In this document: piece after piece, positions 19,053-28,631 of the stretch | Layout: each line of letters opens with the position of its first letter | How positions within the stretch are numbered: position 1 is the first letter of the stretch | Virus record (IMG/VR): IMGVR_UViG_2718217863_000001 | DNA length: 42,681 nt | Source: a virus | Lineage: Duplodnaviria; Heunggongvirae; Uroviricota; Caudoviricetes | Strand: one strand, 5' to 3' | Notes under the pieces: model-generated | What the model was told of the DNA's origin: nothing | Database searches by the model: none | The model's input: only the letters and a program-made list of their open reading frames with translations | Position numbers and translations under genes: made by a program

Positions 19053-19558
19053 TTCGCCCCCTTCAGGCAGTAAGTACGCTCGCGAAAGCGGCGGTTTTCG
19101 AGCCCGGTATTACGCTCACCATTCACAAACACCCAGCGGGTAAGCTGGTCACAGGCCTGCCACCATTGCCGGTGTTTCAGGTGATACACCAGCGTCGAGC
19201 GACAGGCCGCGCCGGTGCCGACGTTAAAAGCGAAGCTGACCAGCGCGTCATAGACGGCGGGTGGCATGTCCACCGGCACACAGACCGCGAGTCGTTTCTC
19301 GACGTTCAGCACGTCGGCGACCAGATTCGCGGCGGCTTCCTTCTCGGTGATATCCCGTTTCGGTACCACCCCGGCAGTGTGGCCGATGCCTGACGTCCAC
19401 ACACCCGCGCTGCACTGGTAAGGACGCAACCGGCACCCCTCGAGGTCGGCAATCAGCGCGAGCCCCTCCGGCGAGGTGTGAAGCAAACGAAAATCAGGCA
19501 CCAGTGCCGCCAGCGCCAGCACGACGGCCACACTGCAACGTTTAACGAATGAGCCCAC
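19049..19558 (-). CDS. K: Endolysin, phage lysozyme (GH24-type) with N-terminal SAR-like hydrophobic segment
   Basis: E-x8-C/D-x5-T lysozyme-type motif (EGCRLRPYQCSAGVWTSGIGHT); hydrophobic N-terminus; likely GTG start at 19558 (the ATG-extended ORF to 19663 overlaps holin by 120 nt). Confidence 0.75.
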   Translation of the reverse strand: MGSFVKRCSVAVVLALAALVPDFRLLHTSPEGLALIADLEGCRLRPYQCSAGVWTSGIGHTAGVVPKRDITEKEAAANLVADVLNVEKRLAVCVPVDMPPAVYDALVSFAFNVGTGAACRSTLVYHLKHRQWWQACDQLTRWVFVNGERNTGLENRRFRERTYCLKGAK

Positions 19559-19763
19559 GAATAACCCCCTTATCAATCCCCATCGAGACGAGATAGCGGT
19601 ATTTCTTTCGCTGGTACCAGAAGTTAACCAGCGCGGTAAAAATGGCGCAGCTTCCCCCGACATAAAGCGCGAGCCGTTCCGGTGTCTGCGTACCGAAATA
19701 CGCCAGCACCACTGACAGCCAGTAGGTCAGAAAGGTTGTGATTTTATCCACAGTCAGTCCCAT
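19542..19763 (-). CDS. Y: Holin (Y-like)
   Basis: 73 aa with two hydrophobic helices and charged C-terminus; immediately upstream of endolysin. Confidence 0.75.
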   Translation of the reverse strand: MGLTVDKITTFLTYWLSVVLAYFGTQTPERLALYVGGSCAIFTALVNFWYQRKKYRYLVSMGIDKGVIRGLIR

Positions 19764-19957
19764 AAATTCACGGTCTCCGATACCGGTGCGGCGTCGACTT
19801 CAGGCAGACTGACCGCCGTGCCATGTGGCAGGACGACACCCAGCTCGGCGAGCCCCGGATTAGCCAGCAATACCGCCTCGACCACACCTTCAGTACGCCC
19901 GTAATGGCGCTGACATAACGTGTCGAGCGTGTCGCCCTGATGCGCGATGACGTTCAT
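19754..19957 (-). CDS. X: Tail protein X
   Basis: 67 aa; synteny L-X-Y. Confidence 0.8.
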   Translation of the reverse strand: MNVIAHQGDTLDTLCQRHYGRTEGVVEAVLLANPGLAELGVVLPHGTAVSLPEVDAAPVSETVNLWD

Positions 19958-20457
19958 CAGATTTGCCCCACGATGCAGCGCGCTTTGTCCTGGATGCGGG
20001 CAACCGACCAGCGCATGTCACGCCACATTTCATCGATGGTGTCATCGATGCTGTCGGCCTTTTTGTCACCTTTGGCGCTGGCATCAACGCCCCGGTAACG
20101 CTCGTACAGCGTCGCGGTCGTCATCGAGCAAACAGCGTTGAAGTAGTGAAAAACCCGCACACTTTCGCCGTCGAGTTCATCCGTCGGCACATCCTCAAGT
20201 CGCGCGTAACCGGCGGCGAGCTGAAGGTCGCGCCAGTCGGTTAACTCGGCGTTGGTCTCGGCCATCGCGGTTTTAATCGCCCGGCGCAGACGCACCGGCG
20301 TCACAGTCTGCTCGAGGCGCATTTCTTCGCGCATGCGCTTCGGGTCAACATCCGGGAAAAAAGCCGTGTTTTTAATCACCGGCTCGTCGACCGGCACCGG
20401 CGGGATGACCATCGGGTCGCGCTGTTGCGCCGGGTTATTCATCACAATCATGGTCAT
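19957..20457 (-). CDS. L: Head completion/stabilisation protein L
   Basis: 166 aa; synteny M-L-X. Confidence 0.8.
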   Translation of the reverse strand: MTMIVMNNPAQQRDPMVIPPVPVDEPVIKNTAFFPDVDPKRMREEMRLEQTVTPVRLRRAIKTAMAETNAELTDWRDLQLAAGYARLEDVPTDELDGESVRVFHYFNAVCSMTTATLYERYRGVDASAKGDKKADSIDDTIDEMWRDMRWSVARIQDKARCIVGQI

Positions 20458-20554
20458 GAGTACCTCAGTAAATAGGTGGGCGGTGGACGCCGGTCGCAGT
20501 TACGGTGAATCACCGACATTGACCAGCGTGCCGCCCGGCGCGGGGCGCGTTCTG

Positions 20555-21313
20555 TTAACCGGCGACTTTCTTCGGGCGTCCCCGCCCTCGTTTCACCGGT
20601 GAATCTTGTTTTTTCGCGGGTGCCTTTTTCGCGGCTTTCGGCGCCGTTTTTTTGACGGCGACCGGTTTCGGGTTCAGCTCACGAGTGAGGGTCTCAATGT
20701 CTTTTCTTACCCCGGCGTGGGTGTCGAGCTGTAAGGCGCGTTGCAGGTGCGCCAGTGCATCAGGAAGCTGACCGGCATCACGCAGGGTCAGACCGGTGAC
20801 CTTATGCAGTCGGGCGCGCACTTCGTCAGGCATATCGGCGGCATCGGTCAGCCCGATGACCTCGAGCAGTTGTGCAGCGTCGACCGGCTCACCGCCGATA
20901 CGGGCGCGGAGAGCCGCGAGCGCGACCTCTTCGGCCAGCATGTAAGGCGCGGGGCGGGAATGGTTTTCCGGCATCGACAGGCCAAAACGCAGGGCATAGC
21001 GCGCAATCTCAACAGCGCCGGTGATATCCCCCGCATCCAGACGCCAGAGCATCACCGTCATCAGAATGTCATCCTGTGCGCCGGTGCCGCTTTCCAGTAC
21101 ACCAGCGACCCACGGCAGGTACAGCGGGAGTAATTCGCGTTTTTTATCCGCTTTGCGCTCTTTAGAACGAATGGCTGATAGCGTCCTGCGGTCTGCGGCC
21201 AGCTTGACGAGCATTTGCTCGTAAGGTGAGGCATGACGCAGCGGGGCGTTATCCCGCTGCGATGCCCTGACAGCCGAGACCCGCATCGCGTGACGCTGTG
21301 CGGGGGTTGCCAT
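20555..21313 (-). CDS. M: Terminase endonuclease (small) subunit M
   Basis: 252 aa; synteny N-M. Confidence 0.8.
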   Translation of the reverse strand: MATPAQRHAMRVSAVRASQRDNAPLRHASPYEQMLVKLAADRRTLSAIRSKERKADKKRELLPLYLPWVAGVLESGTGAQDDILMTVMLWRLDAGDITGAVEIARYALRFGLSMPENHSRPAPYMLAEEVALAALRARIGGEPVDAAQLLEVIGLTDAADMPDEVRARLHKVTGLTLRDAGQLPDALAHLQRALQLDTHAGVRKDIETLTRELNPKPVAVKKTAPKAAKKAPAKKQDSPVKRGRGRPKKVAG

Positions 21314-21316
21314 CGG

Positions 21317-22477
21317 TTATGCCTCCTTGCCGTCAGTGGTGCCAATTTCAGCCGGTGCGCTGCCTGTCAGAGACTGCATCGCCTTGACCATTGCCGCCGC
21401 AAAGACTTCCGCGCTCACTGGTTCAGAGGTGGCGGGTTCTTCCGGCTCGAGAATCTCGATATTTTCAATCAGGCACCCGGCCTCGTAGTCCTCGATAACG
21501 AAATCGACTTTGACCTGTTCGTAGTTTTCCACCTGGTCGAGTTTTGGATTTTCGACGATGTGGCGGCGGTGACCGTCCTCGTACAGATAAATCGAAATGT
21601 TATCCAGCGTGGTAATGAAAACGCTGTTTGCCGGGAAGAACGGCGCGCGCACCGCCTGAAGCTGACCGATGGTTTTCTGGCTGATAATCAGCTCACCGGC
21701 GAGCTGTTCGCTGTTTGCCTGGAATTTGTTAATCATCGGGAAGTATTTGTCGGTCAGGATACGGCGACCACAGATGACAACCATTTCCGGGTTCTCGCGG
21801 TGAATTTCCGCGACCAGCGACTCGAAAGCATCCATGACCAGCGCGTCGAGGTTGGCGTAATGCCCCCCTTTACCCACTTTGATGGTGTTCGAAATTACGG
21901 TGCCGTCAGCGTCGGTGACGCTGGACATCACGCGCTCAGGCGCGTCATTGCGGTATTTCTGCAACCAGCCGACAGCCACATCCTGAAGTAACGGGTTTTT
22001 GCTACGGTCAGACGTCGCCGCCCGGCTCACGCCGTTAAAGCCGATGGTGATGTAATCCAGCGCCTGACGCTTGATGATGGCGTTGCGAATGCGAATCTGA
22101 AAATCCTGAAAACGCGCCCACAGGTCGAGTTTGTTGTACTTCAGGTGATAGTCGAAGTTCACCGGGTGACAGAAATAGCGGTACGCATCCATTTTCGCGA
22201 AATCAGCGGTTTTACGCTCGACGCCGCCGTCGGTGTCAGCGGTGCTGGCAATGGAGCCGGTCACATCGATGCCGACCTTCTCTTCAGTCAGCTCGCCAAC
22301 GGTCACCATGTTGATGAGCTTCAGGAAGCTGGACGACTGCTGGATTTTGTCAAACAGGGTCTGCGTCACCGACGGCTCGACGGTGAATTTTTTGTCGAGG
22401 TCGCTGGTCGCGATGCCGTTCAGCTCGGCGATACGGCTCAGGTACTGATTGAATTTAAAACGGGTCTCTTTACGCAT
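21317..22477 (-). CDS. N: Major capsid protein N
   Basis: 386 aa; synteny O-N-M. Confidence 0.85.
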   Translation of the reverse strand: MRKETRFKFNQYLSRIAELNGIATSDLDKKFTVEPSVTQTLFDKIQQSSSFLKLINMVTVGELTEEKVGIDVTGSIASTADTDGGVERKTADFAKMDAYRYFCHPVNFDYHLKYNKLDLWARFQDFQIRIRNAIIKRQALDYITIGFNGVSRAATSDRSKNPLLQDVAVGWLQKYRNDAPERVMSSVTDADGTVISNTIKVGKGGHYANLDALVMDAFESLVAEIHRENPEMVVICGRRILTDKYFPMINKFQANSEQLAGELIISQKTIGQLQAVRAPFFPANSVFITTLDNISIYLYEDGHRRHIVENPKLDQVENYEQVKVDFVIEDYEAGCLIENIEILEPEEPATSEPVSAEVFAAAMVKAMQSLTGSAPAEIGTTDGKEA

Positions 22478-22498
22478 GAGTTTTGTATTCCTTCGGGG

Positions 22499-23362
22499 TT
22501 AGCAGTCGGTCAGCGTGGAGCCAGACGAATCACCGTCGCCACCGGCGCTTAACTTGCGGCGCGGCTGCGTTTTGTCTTCGGTGTGCTCCAGCGTGGTTTT
22601 GATAGTGCTGAATTGCTGCGAGGTGGCGTCGGCCTGTTCAGCCAGCGCTTTTTTGACGTCGGCGAGTTCGGTTTCAATGGCACTGAAACGCACCTCAGCG
22701 CTTTCGCCGCCGGTCTGCACCCGTTCGGCAATGGCGGTCACGGCTTCATGTACATCACCGAAACGCGCATCGTCGTCAGTCTGTTTACGGCTGAAGATGC
22801 CTTTCACGGTGTCGCTGAGTTTGGTCAGCAGGGTGTCGGGCAGGTCTTCGAATTCCAGCTCGGCAAGGGTTGCCACTGAGAACAGGTCGCCCGGCTGGTC
22901 TTTCTTCCCGGCCAGTGGGTTTTGTTGTGCGCGGGAACAGAATTGCAGGTACTCGGTACCGAGGCTCGCCGGGTCGTCGGTTACCGCCAGCCCGATGAGG
23001 TGACATTTGCCGGTGTTGGCAAAGTTCGGGCGAATTTCCATCGAGGTGTAAACTTTCTGGCCTTTCGCCAGCATCGCGAGCAGGTTGTCGAGCGGGGCAA
23101 TTTTGCCGAACAGCGCCAGCTTGCCGTTGAGCGCCGAATCGTCGTCAATCACTTCTGCTTTCACTTCCGTGACGTCGCCATAGCGGCAAAACGGGCTGTC
23201 GGGAATAACGCTGCGGATATGCTCGAGGTTAATGCGACAGCCGTAGACGCGCGGGTCAAAGCCGTCGGCCATTTCCTGAATATCGGTCGCACTGATGACG
23301 CGACCGTCGCAGGTGTCACCCTCGACGCCGATGCGAAACCATTTCGAAATTTTTTTAGCCAT
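22499..23362 (-). CDS. O: Capsid scaffolding protein O
   Basis: 287 aa; divergent from P. Confidence 0.85.
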   Translation of the reverse strand: MAKKISKWFRIGVEGDTCDGRVISATDIQEMADGFDPRVYGCRINLEHIRSVIPDSPFCRYGDVTEVKAEVIDDDSALNGKLALFGKIAPLDNLLAMLAKGQKVYTSMEIRPNFANTGKCHLIGLAVTDDPASLGTEYLQFCSRAQQNPLAGKKDQPGDLFSVATLAELEFEDLPDTLLTKLSDTVKGIFSRKQTDDDARFGDVHEAVTAIAERVQTGGESAEVRFSAIETELADVKKALAEQADATSQQFSTIKTTLEHTEDKTQPRRKLSAGGDGDSSGSTLTDC

Positions 23363-23526
23363 GAATCAGGTGTCCTGAGTTGGGTTATCGGGTCGGATGT
23401 AGTTTCCCGACTCCCTCCCTCGCCAGCCACCGGTTACAGAAGTGCAACCCCTGACACAACAGGGGGTTAGCGATTCATCCCCCCTGAATCTTTAGCCTTG
23501 CCGTGTACTCATCACAGTGAGGTTTT

Positions 23527-25296
23527 ATGACCACTACCAACGACACATCACTACTCAGCGACCCGCGACGACAGGCCGCGCTTTTGTTCTGGCAGGGCTA
23601 TTCCGTGCCACAAATCGCGGAGCAGTTACAGGTCAAGCGCCCTACGGTGCAGAGCTGGAAACAGCGTGATAAATGGGAAGAAACCGCCCCGTTAAACCGG
23701 GTCGAGTTCACGCTCGAGGCGCGGCTGATTCAGCTCTATGCCAAGCCTGACCTGACGGCTCACGACTTTAAGGTCGCAGATTTTCTGGCGCGCCAGATGG
23801 AGCGCCTCGCGCGGGTAAACCGCTACGGCCAGACCGGCAACGAAGCGGATTTAAACCCGAACGTGGCCAACCGCAACAAAGGGGAAAAGAAGAAGCCGAA
23901 AAAGAACTTTTTCAGCGAAGAGGCTATCGGGAAACTCGAAGAGATTTTCCTCGAACAGTCTTTCGACTATCAGCTCGAGTGGTGGCGCGCGGGGCTGGCG
24001 CACCGCATCAGGCACATTCTGAAATCGCGACAGATTGGCGCGACGTTCTATTTTGCACGTGAGGCACTGTTACAGGCACTGAAGACCGGCCACAACCAGA
24101 TATTTTTGTCGGCCAGTAAGACGCAAGCCTATGTATTCCGTAAATACATTATCGCCTTTGCCCGACAGGCTGGCGTCGAGCTTACCGGCGACCCGATTGT
24201 GCTCGGCAACAATGGCGCGGAGCTGATGTTTCTCGGTACCAATGCCAACACGGCACAGAGTCACAACGGTGACCTGTATGTCGACGAAATTTTCTGGATC
24301 CCCAACTTTCAGAAACTGAAGCGCGTCGCTGGGGGCATGTCGTCACAGGAGCATTTACGCACGACCTATTTTTCGACCCCCTCATCGCTGGCGCACGGCG
24401 CTTACCCGTTCTGGTCGGGTGAGCAGTTCAACAAGGGGCGCTCAGACAAGAGCGAGCGCGTCGATATCGATATCAGCCACGCCGCACTCGCAAAGGGCGT
24501 CGCCTGTCCTGACGGCCAGTGGCGGCAGATTGTCACCATCGAGGACGCACTCGCCAAAGGGTGCACCCTGTTCAACATCGATACGCTGAAGCGCGAGAAC
24601 AGTGTCGATGAGTTCCGCAACCTGTTTATGTGCGAGTTCGTCGACGATAAAGCGTCGGTATTCCCGTTCGAAGAGCTACAGCGTTGCATGGTCGACAGCC
24701 TCGAGAAATGGGAGGACTACGCGCCATTCGCCGACCGGCCATTCGGTCACCGCCCGGTGTGGATTGGCTACGACCCGTCATTACGTGGCGACAGCGCCGG
24801 GTGCGTCGTTATCGCGCCGCCGGTCGTTGCCGGTGGCAAATTCCGCATCCTCGAGCGCCACCAGTGGAAAGGGATGGACTTCGCTCAACAGGCCGAATCC
24901 ATTCGCGAGCTCACGCAGAAATATACCGTGGAATATATCGGCATCGATGCGACCGGGCTCGGTCAGGGCGTCTTCCAGCTCGTGCGCTCGTTCTACCCGG
25001 CAGCGCGGGAAATCCGCTACACGCCGGAAATGAAAACCGCGATGGTGCTCAAAGCCAAAGACACCATTCGCCGGGGTTGCCTCGAGTACGACGTCAGCAC
25101 GACCGATATCACGCAGTCGTTTATGTCAATCCGCAAAACCATGACCAGCAGTGGTCGCAGCTCGACCTATGAGGCCAGCCGCACCGAGGAGGCCAGTCAC
25201 GCCGATCTCGCCTGGGCAACCATGCACGTATTAATCAATGAGCCGTTAACCGCCGCCACCGGTGAGCAGTCATCCAGCATCATGGAGTGGAACTAA
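23527..25296 (+). CDS. P: Terminase ATPase (large) subunit P
   Basis: 589 aa; synteny P-Q divergent from O. Confidence 0.9.
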   Translation: MTTTNDTSLLSDPRRQAALLFWQGYSVPQIAEQLQVKRPTVQSWKQRDKWEETAPLNRVEFTLEARLIQLYAKPDLTAHDFKVADFLARQMERLARVNRYGQTGNEADLNPNVANRNKGEKKKPKKNFFSEEAIGKLEEIFLEQSFDYQLEWWRAGLAHRIRHILKSRQIGATFYFAREALLQALKTGHNQIFLSASKTQAYVFRKYIIAFARQAGVELTGDPIVLGNNGAELMFLGTNANTAQSHNGDLYVDEIFWIPNFQKLKRVAGGMSSQEHLRTTYFSTPSSLAHGAYPFWSGEQFNKGRSDKSERVDIDISHAALAKGVACPDGQWRQIVTIEDALAKGCTLFNIDTLKRENSVDEFRNLFMCEFVDDKASVFPFEELQRCMVDSLEKWEDYAPFADRPFGHRPVWIGYDPSLRGDSAGCVVIAPPVVAGGKFRILERHQWKGMDFAQQAESIRELTQKYTVEYIGIDATGLGQGVFQLVRSFYPAAREIRYTPEMKTAMVLKAKDTIRRGCLEYDVSTTDITQSFMSIRKTMTSSGRSSTYEASRTEEASHADLAWATMHVLINEPLTAATGEQSSSIMEWN

Positions 25297-26333
25297 TGAG
25301 CAAAAAACGCAACAAGCGCCAGCAGCCGCCGCGCCCCCCAAACCACACCGCCGCACCGGCGCAGAGCATGGAAGCATTCACCTTTGGTGAGCCAACGCCG
25401 GTACTCGACCGCCGCGATATTCTCGATTATGTCGAGTGTATCGATAACGGCCAGTGGTACGAGCCGCCGGTGAGTTTCTCCGGGCTGGCGAAAAGTATGC
25501 GCGCCGCCGTGCACCACAGCTCACCGATTTACGTGAAGCGTAACATTCTGGTGTCGACCTACATCCCGCACCCGCTGTTATCCCGTCAGGACTTCACCCG
25601 GTTCGCACTCGACTATCTGGTGTTTGGCAATGCGTTTATCGAAGAGCGTCGCGGCCTGACCGGCAAGCCGTTAAAACTGGAAACCTCACCGGCGAAATAC
25701 ACCCGCCGTGGCATCGAGGATGACGTGTACTGGTATATTCAGTCCTACACGCAGCCGCACCAGTTCGCGCCCGGCTCCGTCTTCCACCTGCTCGAGCCCG
25801 ATATTAATCAGGAGCTTTACGGGATGCCGGAATACCTGAGCGCGCTCAATTCAGCCTGGCTGAATGAATCGGCGACCCTGTTCCGTCGCAAGTATTACCA
25901 GAACGGCGCGCATGCGGGTTACATCATGTATGTGACCGACGCCGCGCAAAGCAGCACCGACGTCGAGGCACTGCGAAAGGCGATGCGCGACTCAAAAGGA
26001 CTCGGCAATTTTAAGAATCTGTTTTTTTACGCGCCGAATGGTAAAGCAGACGGAATTAAAATTGTGCCACTGAGCGAAGTCGCCACGAAGGATGACTTTT
26101 TTAATATCAAGAAAGTCAGCGCCGCTGACCTGCTTGACGCACACCGCATCCCATTCCAGCTTATGGGCGGTAAGCCAGAGAACGTCGGCTCAGTGGGTGA
26201 CGTTGAGAAGGTGGCAAAGGTCTTTGTGCGTAACGAGCTGACCCCGCTACAGGCACGGTTCATGGAGTTGAACGAGTGGGCGGGTGAAGAAATTATCCGC
26301 TTCGAAAAATATAGCCTCGGCGACGACGAGTAA
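25296..26333 (+). CDS. Q: Portal protein Q
   Basis: 345 aa from MSKKRNKRQ; TAATG overlap with P stop; ORF-track start 25287 is an alternative. Confidence 0.85.
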   Translation: MSKKRNKRQQPPRPPNHTAAPAQSMEAFTFGEPTPVLDRRDILDYVECIDNGQWYEPPVSFSGLAKSMRAAVHHSSPIYVKRNILVSTYIPHPLLSRQDFTRFALDYLVFGNAFIEERRGLTGKPLKLETSPAKYTRRGIEDDVYWYIQSYTQPHQFAPGSVFHLLEPDINQELYGMPEYLSALNSAWLNESATLFRRKYYQNGAHAGYIMYVTDAAQSSTDVEALRKAMRDSKGLGNFKNLFFYAPNGKADGIKIVPLSEVATKDDFFNIKKVSAADLLDAHRIPFQLMGGKPENVGSVGDVEKVAKVFVRNELTPLQARFMELNEWAGEEIIRFEKYSLGDDE

Positions 26334-26508
26334 CCCCACCCACAGCCGCCCGTCGTGGCGGCTTTACCCCCACCGCACACAACGCCTCAGCGCCACGACA
26401 CGCCGTCGCCGTTTCGCTTCACCTCGTAACTCACCCACTACAACAACAACGCCACAGCGACGCGCCCAGGCGCTGAATAAATAAATTAAATACCACGCTC
26501 AGCGCGCA

Positions 26509-26527
26509 ATGCTATCCCCGCCACGCC
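26509..26527 (-). other. Candidate cos cohesive-end site (19 nt)
   Basis: Minus-strand GGCGTGGCGGGGATAGCAT resembles remembered P2/186 cos consensus GGCG(A/T)GGCGGGGAAAGCA(C/T); lies about 180 bp beyond Q as in P2. Confidence 0.55.
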
Positions 26528-26673
26528 TGCCCGCTTTAAGGGTCGGTTTTAATGCAGTTGCATGACCACTCTGGATCTGCGCCAGCTCTGGCATTACACG
26601 TCCAGAACTAGCAAGCCTTGCGAAGGCAAAACCATGCTTCTTATACATGCACAGCTAAAAACAGAAAATAACA

Positions 26674-26700
26674 TAAAAAAACCGGCATCAAGATGCCGGT
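26674..26700 (-). terminator. Rho-independent terminator (bidirectional character) downstream of acyltransferase
   Basis: Hairpin CCGGCAT-CAAG-ATGCCGG with A7/T7 run on the minus-strand 3' side. Confidence 0.7.
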
Positions 26701-26799
26701 TTAGTTCATATCATATCATGCTTGCACTTCTGGCCTATAAATGTGCTGAAAATACTATTAAGTAAAACATCCATGATCATCGTTCTGCTGAAGCCCTGT

Positions 26800-28017
26800 T
26801 TAATTAGCTTTATCAAGGCGTCCCCCCACCACCATCCGCTTGTAATTTATTGCGAACAACTTAAGTTTTTCAGGGAACTTTGACGCCAAAATTATTGACT
26901 TTCTGTCTACATATGAATAAAAGGGCATTGATATCAAAATAGTTATCATCGAAGTTAAGATAAATGTAACAAACGCACCAACGGACGGCGACGCAATGTT
27001 TTTGTAAACCCAAAAACCAACTATAGATATAACAAATGGATGAAGCAAGTATATTGAAAATGACAACCTCCCAATAAACAAGACTACATTTTTGCTCATC
27101 CCCCTTAAACATCTCCCATTCACAAAGACAGAAGCAATAATCAAAAAAGAACCAAGCGATATTGTAAACTCTGGCCATTGTATTAATATATCGCATTGAA
27201 ACTGAAGGTAGAGGTAAAATTCAACCAGATCTTTATACGCAGTGCTCGCCGGTGCATACCCAACAAGATAAAGGCCAATAAACAACATAAGAAGCGATAC
27301 AAGCTTTCTTAACCGTCCATTATTTTCACTTATCTCGAAAGTTGATAAAAACACACCAGAAAGGAAAAGCCCATAATAAATTATATTAATACTACCAGAC
27401 AAAAACATACAAACAAATGAAATAAATGACAACCAGCGAAGAATGGTCTTGTTCTCACCAAACAGAGATATAAATCCGTATACCAATATAGAACCAAAAA
27501 ACTCAATACTAATAGTCCACAGAACATAGTTATACTTTATATTACCAAAAAGCATAGCGCCAAATGAAGCATCCCATATGGCTGACACTATATTCCCATC
27601 AAAACTAAACGCAGTCATTAACGGCATTGATGCAGCGGGGCTATCCTTATCCGGAAAAAAGCCCAACAACATTATAAAATAGCAAATAATCACAGATGCT
27701 GCTACGGGAACCCCAAGCCTAATGTATCTCTTCAATGCTGATGCTTGTATATAGCGTATTTCGTTATTATTTTTTTGGCAACTCAGTGACAAAACCAACC
27801 CGCTCAAAACAAAGAATAAGCTAACAGCAGATCCCCCCTTATAGAAAAAAGTAAAAGGGCTATTAAATAAATTTTCTTGCCACTTGCTATCAAACATACT
27901 GCCAGAATGCACCGAAGGTATAAACATTAAAAATGAATGCGATAAAACGACAGCCATGGCTGCCACACCTCTTATCCCATCAAAGATTTTTACATTATTT
28001 CTCTCATTATCACTCAT
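26800..28017 (-). CDS. Acyltransferase family 3 integral membrane protein (OafA/Oac-like O-acetyltransferase), cargo gene
   Basis: 405 aa, about 10 predicted TM helices; N-terminal GIRGVAAMAVVLSH motif characteristic of acyltransferase-3 family; very AT-rich. Confidence 0.8.
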   Translation of the reverse strand: MSDNERNNVKIFDGIRGVAAMAVVLSHSFLMFIPSVHSGSMFDSKWQENLFNSPFTFFYKGGSAVSLFFVLSGLVLSLSCQKNNNEIRYIQASALKRYIRLGVPVAASVIICYFIMLLGFFPDKDSPAASMPLMTAFSFDGNIVSAIWDASFGAMLFGNIKYNYVLWTISIEFFGSILVYGFISLFGENKTILRWLSFISFVCMFLSGSINIIYYGLFLSGVFLSTFEISENNGRLRKLVSLLMLFIGLYLVGYAPASTAYKDLVEFYLYLQFQCDILIQWPEFTISLGSFLIIASVFVNGRCLRGMSKNVVLFIGRLSFSIYLLHPFVISIVGFWVYKNIASPSVGAFVTFILTSMITILISMPFYSYVDRKSIILASKFPEKLKLFAINYKRMVVGGRLDKAN

Positions 28018-28631
28018 GCAAAAAACCTTTTATAATAAAAAATGTCATTTCGATTAACGTATTGGTTATTATTGTGTTATAACTGACAACCAACCTTAAA
28101 AAAACGCGGCATTATAGCACCTTAAGCCTGTTGTATGAATATCATTATTGTTTTGACAGGAAGAGTTCCGTTTACGCCCCACCTAACCTTCGGAGCACTG
28201 AGTAGTGCTCCCAATGAGGTTGGAATAAGGGGAGATTCAAAAAATAGCTGACCATTCTATGCAAGCAACCCAACTACCAGCATACAACTTGTTTTTTCTC
28301 GCAACTTACTCAGCCTTTGTTAATCGTTCTTCAGCATGGGTTGCAGAGAAAACTAGTGAAAAGGAGTTATTTTTCATCAAGTTGCCTCTCACTATTTCTG
28401 CAATCAAATTCAATGCGATTTCACGGTCTCTTTCCTTACAAGTCCCTTCAGCCGTTAGACGCGCAATCATTTCGACTCGCTCAATCATAACGTGCTCACT
28501 TAATTCTCTATCCACACAACCTCCACAACGAGATACTGTATAAACATACAGTAACACGTATTGATAAAAAATGTGAAGGAAAAAAACCAATAAATACACT
28601 GTATGTGCATGATATGGATGAATATTAACGG

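Noticed and set aside
20741-23470. Plus-strand ORFs 21233-21991 (252 aa), 22515-23003 and 22922-23470 overlapping M, N and O
   Set aside because: Antisense shadow ORFs of GC-rich capsid genes; no independent start context; composition is Arg/Ala-rich
23363-23526. Searched the O/P divergent intergenic region and the FI upstream region for perfect TGT-N12-ACA Ogr sites
   Set aside because: Only imperfect matches (TGC or ACT variants) were seen; not reported as features
28259-28599. Two overlapping small ORFs on opposite strands (28259-28543 plus; 28306-28599 minus) in the acyltransferase leader
   Set aside because: Cannot decide from sequence which, if either, is real; AT-rich DNA generates spurious ORFs; kept only as a note within the acyltransferase finding
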